Assembly (NCBI GenBank): GCA_963707655.1
Contig: OY970172.1
Coordinates: forward strand, 384,001-448,000
Reading direction: 5' to 3'
Length of the DNA: 64,000 nt
DNA from: an uncultured bacterium
GTDB lineage: Bacteria; Babelota; Babeliae; Babelales; Vermiphilaceae
Shown: positions 49,801 through 62,900 of the stretch, piece by piece
Layout: each line of letters starts with the position of its first letter
How positions within the stretch are numbered: position 1 is the first letter of the stretch
The notes under the pieces: generated by a model
Seen by the model: the letters and a program-made list of their open reading frames with translations, nothing else
Databases searched by the model: none
What the model was told of the DNA's origin: nothing
Made by a program: the position numbers and the translations under genes

Positions 49801-52800
49801 TGATTTTTCTAACGGCACTGAAGCAGGTACCGCCTATGTATTGATAACCAACGGGCAAACTTATGCCGGCTCCAGCTGGGTCTGCTCAACACCGACGGCT
49901 ATTATTGGCTCAAGTCCCATCTTCTTCAATGAATTTTCGCTCCCCAGCCAAATAAATGGCGCCAATGTTGGCTCCGGTCCCGGGCAAGTTTTTCAAGGTA
50001 AATCAGGGACTCACTCTCAATTTCAGAACTATTATCGGTGATCCTTATATAGCCGTCGACCACGAGCGCAAGTGAGTTAGCATTACCAGCGATGCAACAA
50101 GTAGCAATACCGCATCAACCATTGTTGCGCGTGATGCAAGCGGCAATTTTTCTGCCGGCACCATCAGCGCAACCAATCTGGTTGATACCGGCGTTAACCA
50201 GTACGCGGTGGTTGTTGGCGGCGGCACCAATCCGTTGACAGGCATTGCCCCTTCTACCGCAGGAAGCGTACTTGTATCAGGCGGTTCTGCCGCTAACCCT
50301 GCATTTGTTGTACCAAGTGTGAACGGCAACGGCCTGAACGTAACGCATACTGCTTCAACCTTGGCATATGGATTGGTTACGCCAGTCATTGTTGCCAATG
50401 GCGGCACCGGCTCAGAATTGTTTAATACTAACGGGATCGTTCTTTCAGGCGCAAGCAGCACAACACCATTAGTTGCACAACAGCTAACGGCGGGAGAACT
50501 GTTGATAGGTACAGCCGCAGGAACGGCACCCTCAGCAGCTCAATTAACCGCAGGGACCGGTATAGCTATTACCAATGGCGCAGGCAGTATATCGATTAGT
50601 GCAAGTGGCGCGCTTCCCGGCACATTTGTAACGCCCAATGGCAACGCAACACCTGCTAGCGGCATCATTAATATTAACGGCTCACCATCACAAGGTATTA
50701 CTACCTCCGGCGCCGGTAATACCATCACCATTAATGCAAACAATGCAAGCACCACCGCTAAAGGTGTGGCATCATTTAATGCAACCAACTTTAGCACCGC
50801 CGCTGGCGTAGTATCATCAAATCCTATTGCCATAAATACGGGTGCCGGCTTGAGCGTAAGCAGTGGCAGCGTAAATTTAGGCGGCACCACCACGATTAGC
50901 CTTACAACAGTTCCTGTTGCCAATGGTGGTACCGGATTATCAACACTCACCGCACACAACGTGCTTCTTGGTGAAGGCACTGCAAATGTAGGCTTTGCTG
51001 CGCCAGGAACTGCCGGACAAATACTCGTTTCAAATGGAGCAGCTGCTGATCCGTCATTCAAATCATTGAGCACTGCTGGCGCAGTTACTCAGATTAATGG
51101 CGACACCGGGTCAGCAATGCCAGCTTCGGGGATCATTACCTTCAATGCAAATTCAAACGCAGGATCAACGGTGGAGTTTAGCGCCTCAGGATCAACGGTT
51201 GATTTATTGGTTACCAATCCAACGACACAAAACACATTCATAGGTCTTATTGCAGGAAATACTAGTTCACCATCGGCGACCGGCAACACCGGCATAGGCT
51301 ATGCTGCCTTGAACAGCAACAAGGGCTCTTCTAACACAGCCTTAGGATTTGAGGCGCTGCTTGACAACACCAGCGGCTCCGGTAATACCGCCATAGGATA
51401 CATTGCTTTGCCAAGCAATAGCACGGGCTCTTCCAATACCGCCTATAGGATACGCTGCCTTGAACAGAAACACCACCGGCTCCTCTAATGTTGCTATCGG
51501 TAACAATGCACTCCAAAATAGTAACGGCAATAATAATGCCGCTTTTGGCTACCAGGCTTTGACTGCGAATACTACCGGATCAAACAATACCGCTGTTGGT
51601 ACCAGTGCTCTGGCAGCAAATACTACCGGCACTCCCAACACCGCTGTTGGTTATCAGGCATTGCTGGTCAACAACACCGGTATAAATAACGTTGCTGTCG
51701 GCTACAATGCCCTTGTTGCAAACACAACCGGTTCTACCAATGTCGCAGTCGGCAACAATGCTTTGGGCACCAATGTCACCACTTCAAATAGTGTTGCTAT
51801 TGGTAATAGCGCCCTGGCTGCTAACACCGCAGCAAACAATACCGCTGTTGGTACCAGTGCTCTGGCAGCAAATACTACCGGCACTCCCAACACCGCTGTT
51901 GGTTATCAAGCATTAAAGCTGAACACCACTGGTGCGAATAATGTTGCGGTTGGCTATGAAGCATTAGCAGTCAATACAACTGGTTCTGCCAACGTCGCGA
52001 TGGGCAACAATGCCTTGGGTGCCAATGTCACCGCTTCAAATAGTGTTGCTATCGGTAACAGTGCTCTAGCTGCTAACACCGCGGCAAACAATACTGCTGT
52101 TGGGTATGACGCCCTGGCTGCCAATAAAACCGGATCTCCCAACACCGCTATTGGTTATAATGCCCTTACTGCTAATACCACCGGCATTAATAACGTTGCT
52201 TTGGGTTATGCCACCCTTGATGCAAATACAACAGGTTCTGCCAACGTGGCGGTAGGTAATAATGCCTTGGGTACCAATGTCACTGCGTCAAATAGTGTTG
52301 CTATTGGTAACAGTGCCCTGGCCGCTAACACCGCATCAGACAATACCGCTGTCGGTACCAGTTCCTTGGCCGCCAATACTACCGGCTCTGGTAATACTGC
52401 CGTTGGAGCTCAAGCATTAAGCCTGAATCAAGGCGGAGCAAGTAATGTCGCCATGGGTTATGAAGCATCACAAAGCAATGTAACCGGATCGAATAACGTC
52501 GCCATAGGATACCAGGCAGCACAACTCGGTACCGGTGGAGGAAACAACGTCGCTATAGGCTTTTTAGCTTTAAATAGTGGTGGCGCTTCATTCGCCAATA
52601 CAGCCATAGGATTTGAGGCATTAGCCGCTAACACCACTGGCACATTTAATGTTGCGATTGGATTTGATGCATTAGAGGCTAATTCAAGAGGTTCTAATAA
52701 TACTGCTGTTGGCTATTCTGCTTTAACGAGTAATGGGGTGTCTAATAATACCGCTGTCGGATATAATGCTCTTGCTAGCAACAGCACCGGCAGCCCCAAC

Positions 52801-53748
52801 ACTGCTATTGGTTACAATGCACTTACCGCTAATAGTACTGGTAGCGCCAATACCGCTGTTGGCTACAATGCGCTTGCATCTAACACGACCGGCGTGAGCA
52901 ATTCAGCTATCGGTGAGGCGGCACTCTTTGCGAACATGACTGGCGGATTCAATACCGCCCTTGGCGTAAGTGCCCTGTCTGCAAACGTATCCGGTTCTCA
53001 AAATACCGCCCTTGGCGTAAGTGCCCTGTCTGCAAACCCATCCGGTTCTAATAACACTGGAGTAGGTTATTGGGCGGGCCAAAGTCTTACGACAGGCAGT
53101 AACAATATTTTTGTAGGCGATTTATCCGGCGGCGCAATGACAAACGGCAGCGGAAACGTGATAATTGGTGTCAATTCAGTACCGGGCACCGGTGCCACAG
53201 CGTGGAACAATAATATATATCTGGGAAATGGTATCACTAATACCGCAGACTCGAACTACATAAGAATAGGAACTCCATCGATTACTTACAATGGATGCTT
53301 CATTCAGGGCATATATGGCGTGGCGGCCACCGGAGCCGGCGTTACGGTCACTAGCAGCGGACAACTGGGCGGCATTATTTCATCCCGCCGCTATAAAGAT
53401 GACATTGTATCACTCAGTCCCGTAACAGACAAGCTTGCACAGCTCAATCCGGTCAGCTTTGCCTATAAAACTGATGACAATAAAACTAAGAACTATGGGC
53501 TCATTGCAGAAGAAGTAGAAGAAATTGATCGCTCATTGGTCATGTACAACGATAACGGCTCCCCTGAGACCGTCTACTACCAGTTCCTGCCACCATTGCT
53601 CCTCAAGGGTTGGCAAGAATTACATGCTCATATGCAGGAGCAAGATGCAGTAATCAAAAAACAAGAAGGTGACATTAACAGGCTGACACAAGAATCTGAA
53701 AACCAACTTGCGATGATTAATGAGTTGTATGCAAAAATAATTGGATAA
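46889..53748 (+). CDS. Giant secreted fibre protein 1 (about 2285 aa when rejoined): tail-fibre-like repeats, trimeric head repeats and C-terminal peptidase S74 chaperone; split by indels near 50007, 50068-50087 and 51444
   Basis: ORFs 46889-50041, 50208-51488 and 51403-53748 join colinearly with paralog 2; NGGTG and GQVLTSNG..PSW modules; N.A.G..AL..N repeats; SSRRYKDDI...PV.F.YK...GLIAEEV S74 signature. Confidence 0.85.
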
Positions 53749-53766
53749 CATTTTTTAAGCGCGGTA

Positions 53767-53803
53767 AGGGGCCAGTTTGATATCAAGCTGGCCCCTCTTT
53801 TTT
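53767..53803 (+). terminator. Intrinsic terminator after fibre gene 1
   Basis: aggggccagttt/agctggcccct stem then a T-run. Confidence 0.85.
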
Positions 53804-53991
53804 ATGGTCACAACCCCCTGTGTTATTAATGCCACAATCTAGCCAGTGTACTTGGTTTTTAAAATAATTGATGAAATTTTAATCTATTTTTCCTACCACA
53901 TAAATATTATTTCTCACTTGCCATTGCGAAAAAAATATATAAGTATTAATCCAAAAGTAATGATGAAAAATATCCCCAAAAAAGGAAAAGT

Positions 53992-56900
53992 ATGAACATT
54001 GTATTGCGCGTTTTTTTAATGAGTACCATAGTACTTTCTGTAAGCATCGCTGCGCCCGCTGTACCGGACCCGATTGCGTCACAAGACACACAAGAAAAGC
54101 AGATTATCCTACCAACCGGGGCAACACAAGCTCTGGTGCAATTATCTGAAATTATTAAATCTGACCCGACAAGAAAAATGTATGGCTCACTTGCATCGAT
54201 GAATCAAAGTGCAGCTTTTCAAGACGCTGCAGCAGTGAACAGCTGCTTACAAGAGGCCTGTGTAATTATTGATGACTTACTTGCCGATCCGCAGTCTGAT
54301 GCAACACTCAAAATAACACTTATACGTATAAAAAATATCATCATAGCGCATGAGTTAGCACTGAACGCAGAAGAAGCAGATGAAGAAAGCACACGCATGC
54401 GCCCATACAATACGCCGGCAGCTTTTTACGGTTCGGTAGCTATTAATGACCCGGCAGGAAATCCGGCATTATTGGTCGACGGACCAACGAGCCTGAGCGA
54501 ACTGGCCGCCGGTGTTATTACGGCGCAAACAATTGCTATTGATACCGCTTCATTTACTGATCTCACTGCTGATAATTTAACCGCAGTCGATTCATTTGCC
54601 TTGGATTATGCAACGCCGGGAGATTTTCTTTATGTAAGTCCTAACGGCACCATTGTTTCACGCACAGTAATTCCCGGATCCGGTGTTCAATCGGTCAACA
54701 GCGGCAATAATATTTCTGTTAACAACACGTCGCCCAACGCACCGATAGTAAATGTTGCCGGTACCACAACCAATGCGCTACAAGTTGGTAGTCCAAATGG
54801 GGCACTGCATTCATTATCATTTGGTACAACCGGCCAAATATTAACATCAAATGGCGCAAACAATTCTCCTTCATGGCAAGCAGCGCCTTCTTCAAATGTT
54901 ACCATTACCGGTGATACGGGAGGTGCATTAACCGGAGACAGCTTCACCTTTACCGGCGGCACGACCGGTTTAAAATTTAACGGGACGGGAGCAACGGAAA
55001 CATTAAGTGGTACATTAGCTGTTGCAAGTGGTGGTACGGGGACAATAACCTTTGCAACATATGCACCGGTGATCGGTGGCGTAACAAATCAAGGAGCATT
55101 GCAAAGCGCGTCAACCGGTCAATCGATAGCTGGCTCTGTTTTCACCAGTAACGGTTCAGGGGCGGCGCCAAGCTGGCAACCGATCAGTGCAACCGGCGCG
55201 GTAACATCAGTAAAAGCGGGCAATAATATATCTGTCACCGGCACCGCAACATCACCTACGATAAGTGTTGCAGGCACCACAACCAATGCGGTGCAGATCG
55301 GTAATTCATCAGGATCATTAACATCGCTAGCTCTGGGCAGCAATGGCCAAGTATTACTGGGTGCAACAGGAGCAGCGCCTGCTTTTGCGTCGCTCACGTC
55401 TGCCGGCGGCACAGTCACGTTCACTCCCGGTACAAATTCATTGAGTATCGATGTAACCGCTCCTTTGAATGTTTCTCATGGCGGTACCGGATTAACGAGC
55501 ATTTCACAATATAATGTATTGGTCGGTAACGGCACTTCGGCAATAGCAACTATTGTTCCATCAACAACCATCGGCATTCCGTTAATTTCCAACGGCGTTG
55601 CAGCACAACCTTCATTTGGCACAGCCGTAGTAGCGGGTGGCGGTACGGGTGAGACAAGTTTCACTTCATACGCACCAATTGTTGGCGGAACAACGGGAAC
55701 AGGAGCACTCCAAAGTGCATCAACGGGACAATCGAATAATGGCTATGTTTTCACCAGCAATGGCTCATCTGCTGTTCCTTCTTGGCAGCCGGTTAGCGCA
55801 AGTGGTGCAGTAACCACGGTTGTCGGTGGAACCGGTATAAATATTACCGGCACTACAACTGCTCCTATCGTAAATCTTAATTCTCCCGTCACTGTGTCTC
55901 ATGGCGGTACTGGCTTATCATCACTCGCAGCACACAATCTTTTAGTCGGTGAGGGAACCGCACAAGTTGCTCTGATTGCTCCGGGCTCTGCTGGTCAAGT
56001 ATTAATATCCAACGGTGCAAGCGCGGATCCTTCATTCGGCACAGCAACCGTTCCCGGCGGGGGTACCGGACAAACCAGTTTTACGGCTCATACTGTTTTG
56101 CTTGGTGAAGGGGCCTCATCTATCGCTTCTGCCGGTCCAGGAAATGCCGGCCAGATATTGGTAGCTGCCGGCGCATCGGCCGATCCTGCATTTGTAACAC
56201 CAACTGCGGGCACCGGATTATCTTTGAGTTCCAATTCAACCACATTGCAATATTCATTGTCTATTCCTGTTGCTATCGCCAGCGGCGGAACCAATGCAAC
56301 ATCTATGGCCAATACTGATGGAGTTGTCTATTTTGACGGCACCAAGTTGAATACCACTGCTGTTGGCGCAGCCGATTATATATTGACTTCTAATGGTTCT
56401 GGCAATGCGCCCTCTTTTCAACCGGCGAGCACCTCGGTCTCGTAACTTCAGTGAAGCCCGGCAATAATATATCTGTCACCGGCACCGCAACGTCTCCGAT
56501 AGTTAACGTTGCAGGCACCACAACAAATGCCGTGCAGATCGGCAATGCTTCCGGATCACTAACCTCATTAAATGTCGGAAGCAGTGGACAAGTATTGCTC
56601 GGCGCAACCGGAGCGGCACCCGCTTTTGCTTCGCTCACATCTACCGGCGGCACACTCACGTTTACTCCCGGAGTCAATTCATTGAGTATCGATGTAACCG
56701 CACCCTTGAATGTTTCTCATGGCGGCACTGGATTAACGACAATATCCCAATACAACCTTCTCACTGGCAATAATACTTCAGCTCTTTCACTCATTGCTCC
56801 ATCATCAACAAGCGGCATTCCGTTAATTTCTAACGGCGTTGCAGCACAACCTTCATTTGGCACAGCCGTAGTGGCGGGTGGGGGTACCGGTCAGACGAGT

Positions 56901-59900
56901 TTCAATCCCTATGCTCCCGTAGTCGGCGGAGCAACAGCGACTACAGCCTTACAAAGCGCTTCAACGGGACAATCGAATAATGGCTATGTTTTCACCAGCA
57001 ATGGCTCATCTGCTGTACCTACATGGCAACCAGTTAGTGCTAGTGGTGCGGTCACCACGGTCATCGGCGGCACCGGTATCAACATTACCGGCACTACAAC
57101 TGCTCCTGTCGTAAATCTTAATTCTCCCGTTACTGTGTCTCATGGCGGTACCGGCTTATCATCACTCACGGCACACAATCTTTTAGTCGGTGAAGGAACT
57201 GCACAAGTTGCTCTGATTGCTCCGGGATCTGCCGGTCAAGTATTAATCTCCAACGGTGCAAGTGCAGATCCTTCATTTGGCATAGCAACCGTTCCCGGCG
57301 GCGGTACCGGACAAACCAGTTTTACGGCTCATGCTGTCTTGCTTGGTGAAGGAGCCTCATCTATCGCTTCTGCAGGTCCAGGAAATGCCGGTCAGATATT
57401 GGTGGCTGCCGGTGCATCGGCCGATCCTGCATTTGTAACACCAACTGCGGGCACCGGATTATCTCTAAGTTCCAATTCAACCACATTGCAATATTCACTC
57501 TCAGTACCGGTAGCAATAGCAAGCGGCGGTACCAATGCAACATCTATGGCCAATACTGATGGAGTTGTCTATTTTGATGGCACCAAATTAAATACCACCG
57601 CTGTTGGCGCAGCGGATTACATATTGACCTCTAATGGTTCCGGCAATGCGCCATCTTTTCAACCGGCAAGCACTCTTGGTCTCGTAACTTCAGTAAAGCC
57701 CGGCAATAATATATCTGTCACCGGCACCGCAACATCTCCGGTGGTTAATGTTGCAGGCACCACAACAAATGCGGTGCAGATCGGTAATTCATCAGGATCA
57801 TTAACATCGTTAGATCTTGGCAGCAATGGCCAAGTATTACTGGGTGCAACAGGATCAGTACCCGCTTTTGCGTCGCTCACGTCCGCCGGCGGCACACTCA
57901 CATTCACTCCCGGTGCAAATTCATTGAGTATCGATGTAACCGCACCCTTGAATGTTTCTCATGGCGGCACTGGATTAACGGCAATATCCCAATACAACCT
58001 TCTCACTGGCAATAATACTTCTGCTCTTTCACTCATTACTCCATCATCAACAAGTCGGTATTCCGTTAATTTCTAATGGCGTTGCAGCACAACCTTCATT
58101 TGGCACAGCCGTAGTAGCAGGTGGCGGCACCGGTCAGACGAGTTTCAATCCCTATGCTCCCGTAGTCGGCGGAGCAACAGCGACTACAGCCTTACAAAGC
58201 GCTTCAACGGGACAATCAAATAATGGTTATATTTTCACGAGTAATGGCTCATCTGCTGCTCCTTCATGGCAACCAGTTAGCGCAAGTGGTGCGGTAACCA
58301 CGGTCATCGGTGGGACCGGTATCAACATTACCGGCACTACAACTGCTCCTGTCGTAAATCTTAATTCTCCCGTTACTGTGCCTCATGGCGGTACCGGCTT
58401 ATCATCACTCACGGCACACAATCTTGTGGTTGGTGAAGGAACTGCACAAGTTGCTCTGATTGCTCCGGGATCTGCCGGTCAAGTATTAATCTCCAACGGT
58501 ACAAATGCGGATCCTTCATTTGGCATAGCAACCGTTCCCGGCGGCGGGACCGGACAAACAAGTTTTACCGCTCATACTGTTTTGCTTGGTGAAGGAGCCT
58601 CATCTATCGCTTCTGCCGGTCCAGGAAATGCGGGTCAGATATTGGTAGCTGCTGGCGCATCGGCCGATCCTGCATTTGTAACACCGACTGCGGGCACCGG
58701 ATTATCTTTAAGCTCTAATTCAACAACATTGCAATATTCACTCTCAGTGCCGGTCGCAATAGCAAGCGGAGGTACCAATGCAACATCTATGGCCAATACT
58801 GATGGAGTTGTCTATTTTGATGGCACCAAATTAAATACTACGCTGTTGGCACTACAAATTATGTATTAACCTCAAATGGCGCGGGCAATGCTCCCTCATT
58901 CCAAGCGGTGAGCACAAGCGGTGCAGTTACCTCGGTTAATAAAGGCAATAATATATCAATTACCGGTACTGCAACAGCGCCAGTCGTAAATGTTGCCGGA
59001 ACGGCAACCAATGCAATACAAATTGGCAGTCCAAACGGCGCGCTCCATTCATTATCCTTTGGTACAACCGGCCAAGTATTAACATCAAATGGTTCAGGCA
59101 GTTCTCCGTCATGGCAAGTGGTACCTTCTTCAAGTATTACCATTACCGGTGATACGGGAGGTGCGTTAACAGGAAATAATTTTACTTTTACCGGCGGCAC
59201 AACAGGATTAAAATTTAACGGCACAGGAACAACAGAAACATTAGGCGGTACATTAGCTGTTTCCAATGGCGGCACGGGGACAATAACCTTTGCGCCATAT
59301 GCACCGGTTATTGGTGGTGTAACAACTCAAGGAGCCCTGCAAAGCGCGTCAACTGGTCAATCAACGCCTGGCTCTGTTTTCACCAGCAATGGCTCAGGTG
59401 CGGCACCCAGCTGGGAGCCAGTAAGCGCAATAACATCAGTTCTTGCAGGGAACAATATATCAATTACCGGCTCTTCTGCAACATCACCAATCGTAAATGT
59501 TGCCGGAACAACAGACAATGCGTTACAAATTGGGAGTCCAAACGGCGCGCTTCATTCATTATCATTTGGCACGACCGGTCAAATATTAACCTCAAATGGC
59601 GCGGGAAGTTCGCCATCATGGCAAGCAGTACCTTCTTCAAGTATTACCATTACCGGTGATACGGGAGGCGCGTTAACCGGAGACAGCTTCACCTTCACCG
59701 GCGGCACAACCGGTCTAAAATTTAATGGTGCCGGCACAACAGAAACCTTAAGTGGCACATTAGCTATCGCCAATGGCGGTACCGGTGCTACAAGCCTTGC
59801 TGCCAACGGTATTATTATTTCAAATGCGGGGGGCACGACCCTTACTTCGCAACAATTAACCAACGGACAACTCTTGATCGGCAATAGCGGAAATGCTCCG

Positions 59901-62900
59901 TCTGCAGCTCAATTGACTGCCGGAACCGGTATAGTTATTACCAACGGTGCGGGAAGCATATCAATTAGTGCAAATGGCGGCGGCACAGTGCCCAATACAT
60001 TTGCTACCCCTAATGGTACTGCAACACCGGCCGGCGGTGTTATCAATATTAACGGCTCCCCATCGCAAGGTATTACTACCTCCGGCGCCGGCAATACAGT
60101 AACTATCAACGCAACCAATGCAAGCACCACTGCTAAGGGTGTCGCTTCATTTAGTCCAACAAATTTTACGGTAACCGGTGGCAATGTAGCCTCCAACAAT
60201 TTCTCTATTAATCCGGGCACCGGCTTGACCGGTGGCGGCTCATTGACTTTGGGCGGATCAACCACTATCTCATTATCTACGCCGGTTTCTGTTACCAATG
60301 GTGGTACCGGATTATCAACACTCACCGCACATAACGTGCTTCTTGGTGAAGGCACTGCAAATGTTGGCTTTGCTGCCCCACCTGCTACTACGGGCATTCC
60401 ATTAGTATCTACCGGCGTGACTAGTGACCCTGCATTTGGTACAGCATCGGTACAAGGTGGCGGCACCGGATCAACAAGTTTTACCGCCAATGCACCGGTT
60501 ATTGCCGGCGCTACCGCAACAAGCGCTCTTACTACTGCAACAACCGGCATAGCTAATAGTGGCTATGTATTTACCAGCACCGGTTCATCATCCGCGCCCA
60601 CATGGCAGCCGATCAGTGCAAGTGGTGCCGTAACTTCAATAAAAGCGGGCAACAATATATCAGTTACCGCCGGAACATCTCCTATCGTAAGCGTTGCCGG
60701 AACAACAACCAATGCGGTGCAAATCGGTAATGCTACAGGATCGTTAACATCACTTGCCGTTGGCACTAATGGCCAGGTATTGCTCGGCGCTTCCGGCGCT
60801 GCGCCTGCGTTCGGAAATCTTACCTCCACCAGTGGCACCCTTGCGTTCACCACCGGGGCAAATAGTCTAAGCATTGACGTTAATGCACCGCTGCCTATTG
60901 CCTATGGGGGCACCAATGCAACGTCAATGACCAACACTGATGGTGTTGTCTATTTTGATGGAACACTATTGAATACCACCACCGTGGGGACCTCAGGACA
61001 AGTATTAACATCACAAGGCGCAGGAATGGCGCCAACATTTACCTCATTGCCGGCATCAAGTTCAGCCGATGTTCCCAATACATTGGTAATGCGCGATAGC
61101 AGCGGTGATTTTGCCACCAACATGATTACTATTGACGGCACACCCTCAGCATCAACCGATGTTGCTACCGTTGCGTATGTGCTGGCACATGAAAGCACCG
61201 GCCTGGTGGTGCATTCTCCAGCCATACTCGTGGGTACCGTAGATGAGCCTATTGCCGGACCGGCAACTATTGATGGTTCACCCGTTGTTTCCGGCGAACG
61301 CATATTGTTAGTTGATCAGTCCACCTCAACGCAAAATGGCCTGTGGATAGCCGCGGTCGGTGGAACATCGCCTAGCTTTTCTCCTTGGTATCGCCCTGAT
61401 GATTTTTATACTGGAACTCAGGCAGGTACCGCCTATGTATTAATAACTGGCGGGCAAACCTATGCCGGCTCCAGCTGGGTCTGCTCAACACCAACGGCGA
61501 TTATTGGCTCAAGTCCCATCTTCTTCAATGAATTTTCGCTCCCCAGCCAAATAAATGGCGCCAATGTTGGCTCCGGTCCCGGACAAGTTTTTCAAAGCAA
61601 ATCGGGACTCACTCTTAATTTTAGAACTTTGACCGGTGATCCTTACATAACGGTTGGCACAACCGGGAATGAAGTTACCATCACCAGTGATGCAACTTCT
61701 CTCAATACAAGCTCTACGATTGTTGCTCGTAATAGTTCTGGCAATTTTGCTGCCGGCACTATTAGCGCAACCAATCTGGTTGATACCGGCATTAATCAAT
61801 ATGCCGTAGTGGTTGGCGGCGGCACCAATCCGTTGACAGGTATTGCGCCTTCTACCGCGGGAAGCGTATTGATATCAGGCGGTTCATCGGCCAATCCTTC
61901 ATTTGTTGTACCAACGGCAGGTACCGGCCTGGCCGTAACACAAAACGCAACAACCTTGTCATATGGGTTAGTTACACCGGTCGTTATTGCCAATGGCGGA
62001 ACCGGCTCAACATCGTTTAATCCCAATGCTATTGTTCTTTCAAACGCAGCCGGCACGGCCCTCACGTCGCAACAATTAACTAACGGACAATTACTCATCG
62101 GCAGTACCGGCGCAGCACCCTCAGCAGCTCAATTAACCGCAGGAACCGGCATATCTATTGCCAATGGCGCAGGAACTATCTCGATCAGCACCAGTGGTGC
62201 AGTTCCCGGCACATTTGTAACGCCCAATGGGGACGCAACACCAGCCGGCGGCATCATTAATATTAACGGCTCCCCATCACAAGGTATTACTACCTCCGGT
62301 GCCGGCAATACAGTCACTATCAGTGCAGCCAATGCAAGCACTACTGCTAAGGGTGTCGCTTCATTTAGTCCAACAAATTTTACGGTAACTGGTGGCAATG
62401 TGACTTCAAACCCATTTACTATCGCTGCAGGAACCGGATTGACCGGCGGCGGCTCATTCACTTTGGGCGGGTCTACCACACTCGCATTATCCACACCGGT
62501 TTCAGTTACCAATGGTGGTACCGGATTATCAACATTAACGGCACACAACGTGCTTCTTGGTGAAGGCACTTCAAATGTAGGTTTTGTTGCGCCCGGAGCA
62601 GCAGGCATCCCCTTAATTTCAAATGGCGCCAGTAGCGATCCTATATTTGGCACAGCGGTTGTAGCCGGTGGTGGCACGGGTTCAACTTCGTTTAATACTC
62701 ATGGTGTTGTCACTTCAGGCTCTTCAGCCACATCCCCTTTAACCGCGCTCACCCTAACTAACGGTCAACTGGTGATCGGTAGCACCGGAGCCGATCCAAT
62801 CGCGGCTACCTTAACTCAAGGAACCGGTATCTCTATTACCAATGGCGCAGGAAGTATTACTATCGCATCATCCGGATCGGTACCAACAATGTTTACTGAA

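Noticed and set aside
50082..50090. TGA readthrough or recoded genetic code in fibre gene 1
   Set aside because: The TGA results from a local compensating +1/-1 pair relative to the paralogous block, and TGA ends normal genes here (ymdB, zapB, ychF, ftsK)
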